Part shown: positions 63,681-64,000 of the stretch, one piece after another
Layout of the letters: every line of letters starts with the position of its first letter
Position numbering within the stretch: the stretch's first letter is position 1
Virus record (IMG/VR): IMGVR_UViG_3300041955_000884
Coordinates: 1-64,000 of that record
Strand: one strand, 5' to 3'
Source of the DNA: a virus
Length of the DNA: 64,000 nucleotides
Notes under the pieces: model-generated
The model's input: the letters and a program-made list of their open reading frames with translations, nothing else
Databases searched by the model: none
Told to the model about the DNA's origin: nothing
Position numbers and translations under genes: made by a program

Positions 63681-63952
63681 GCATGGAAGCAGTTTCGCCG
63701 AACGTCGTCATCCTGACGCGACAGGAACTTCGCGAGATTGAGGACGCGGCGTTTAAGCGTGGTGTCGAGCGCGGTATATTCGAGGCGGCAACGCCTCACG
63801 TCCGCGTCGCCGGCAACTGCGCGAACTGGAGCAATGGCCTCTGCGAGGCCTGTGGCGTTGCCTGGCAATCGTACGAAGTGGCTGCCGACTTCCGTTGCAC
63901 CCGGTTCTTGCCGCGTCCGGCGGTGGCGAGCGGGAAGGCGGGGAGGGCGTGA
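63647..63952 (+). repeat. 34-bp direct repeats at consecutive gene ends
   Basis: GGCGGTGGCGAGCGGGAAGGCGG(T/G)GAGGGCGTGA at 63647-63680 and 63919-63952. Confidence 0.9.
63677..63952 (+). CDS. small Cys-containing protein
   Basis: CANW...CEAC...CTRF; GTGA-coupled. Confidence 0.55.
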   Translation: MSMEAVSPNVVILTRQELREIEDAAFKRGVERGIFEAATPHVRVAGNCANWSNGLCEACGVAWQSYEVAADFRCTRFLPRPAVASGKAGRA

Positions 63953-64000
63953 TGGGCGAAGGACTGAAGCGCGCTCGGGCAGCGGCTCGAGCGAGCCGGA

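Overview
The window is most of a high-GC (roughly two-thirds G+C by eye) podovirus-type phage or prophage with a BPP-1/epsilon15-like head and T7-like tail-tube and ejection genes. The host is probably an alphaproteobacterium, inferred only from promoter style and gene content. Layout: small accessory genes (1-3.1 kb, +); replication block (3.2-10.1 kb, -: initiator with internal HNH and iterons, DnaB, DUF5131, RusA-like, DUF2303, Cro-like); recombination block (11-14.5 kb, +: DEDDh exonuclease, Gp157-like, RecT-like); lysis, tail-fibre and tailspike genes (14.5-26 kb, -); ejection proteins including a 3631-aa DarB-like MTase/SNF2 protein, tail tubes, cement, major capsid and scaffold (28-61 kb, -); a second accessory block (61-64 kb, +) with an Acb2/Tad1-like and a ParB-like gene. 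No terminase, portal, integrase or CI repressor is visible. The best candidate for an undescribed system is a + strand unit at 26.18-27.42 kb with its own promoter and terminator. It encodes a helical protein of unknown function, a degenerate tRNA-Thr, and a ~270-nt structured RNA containing hexamer repeats, a circularly permuted tRNA with an internal CCA, and a detached Ser(UGA) anticodon-arm mimic. Other highlights are two protein-like ORFs nested out of frame in the giant DarB gene and a scaffold C-terminal motif (SRAxxLY) shared by small head-region proteins. All family calls are by motif recognition; no searches were run.
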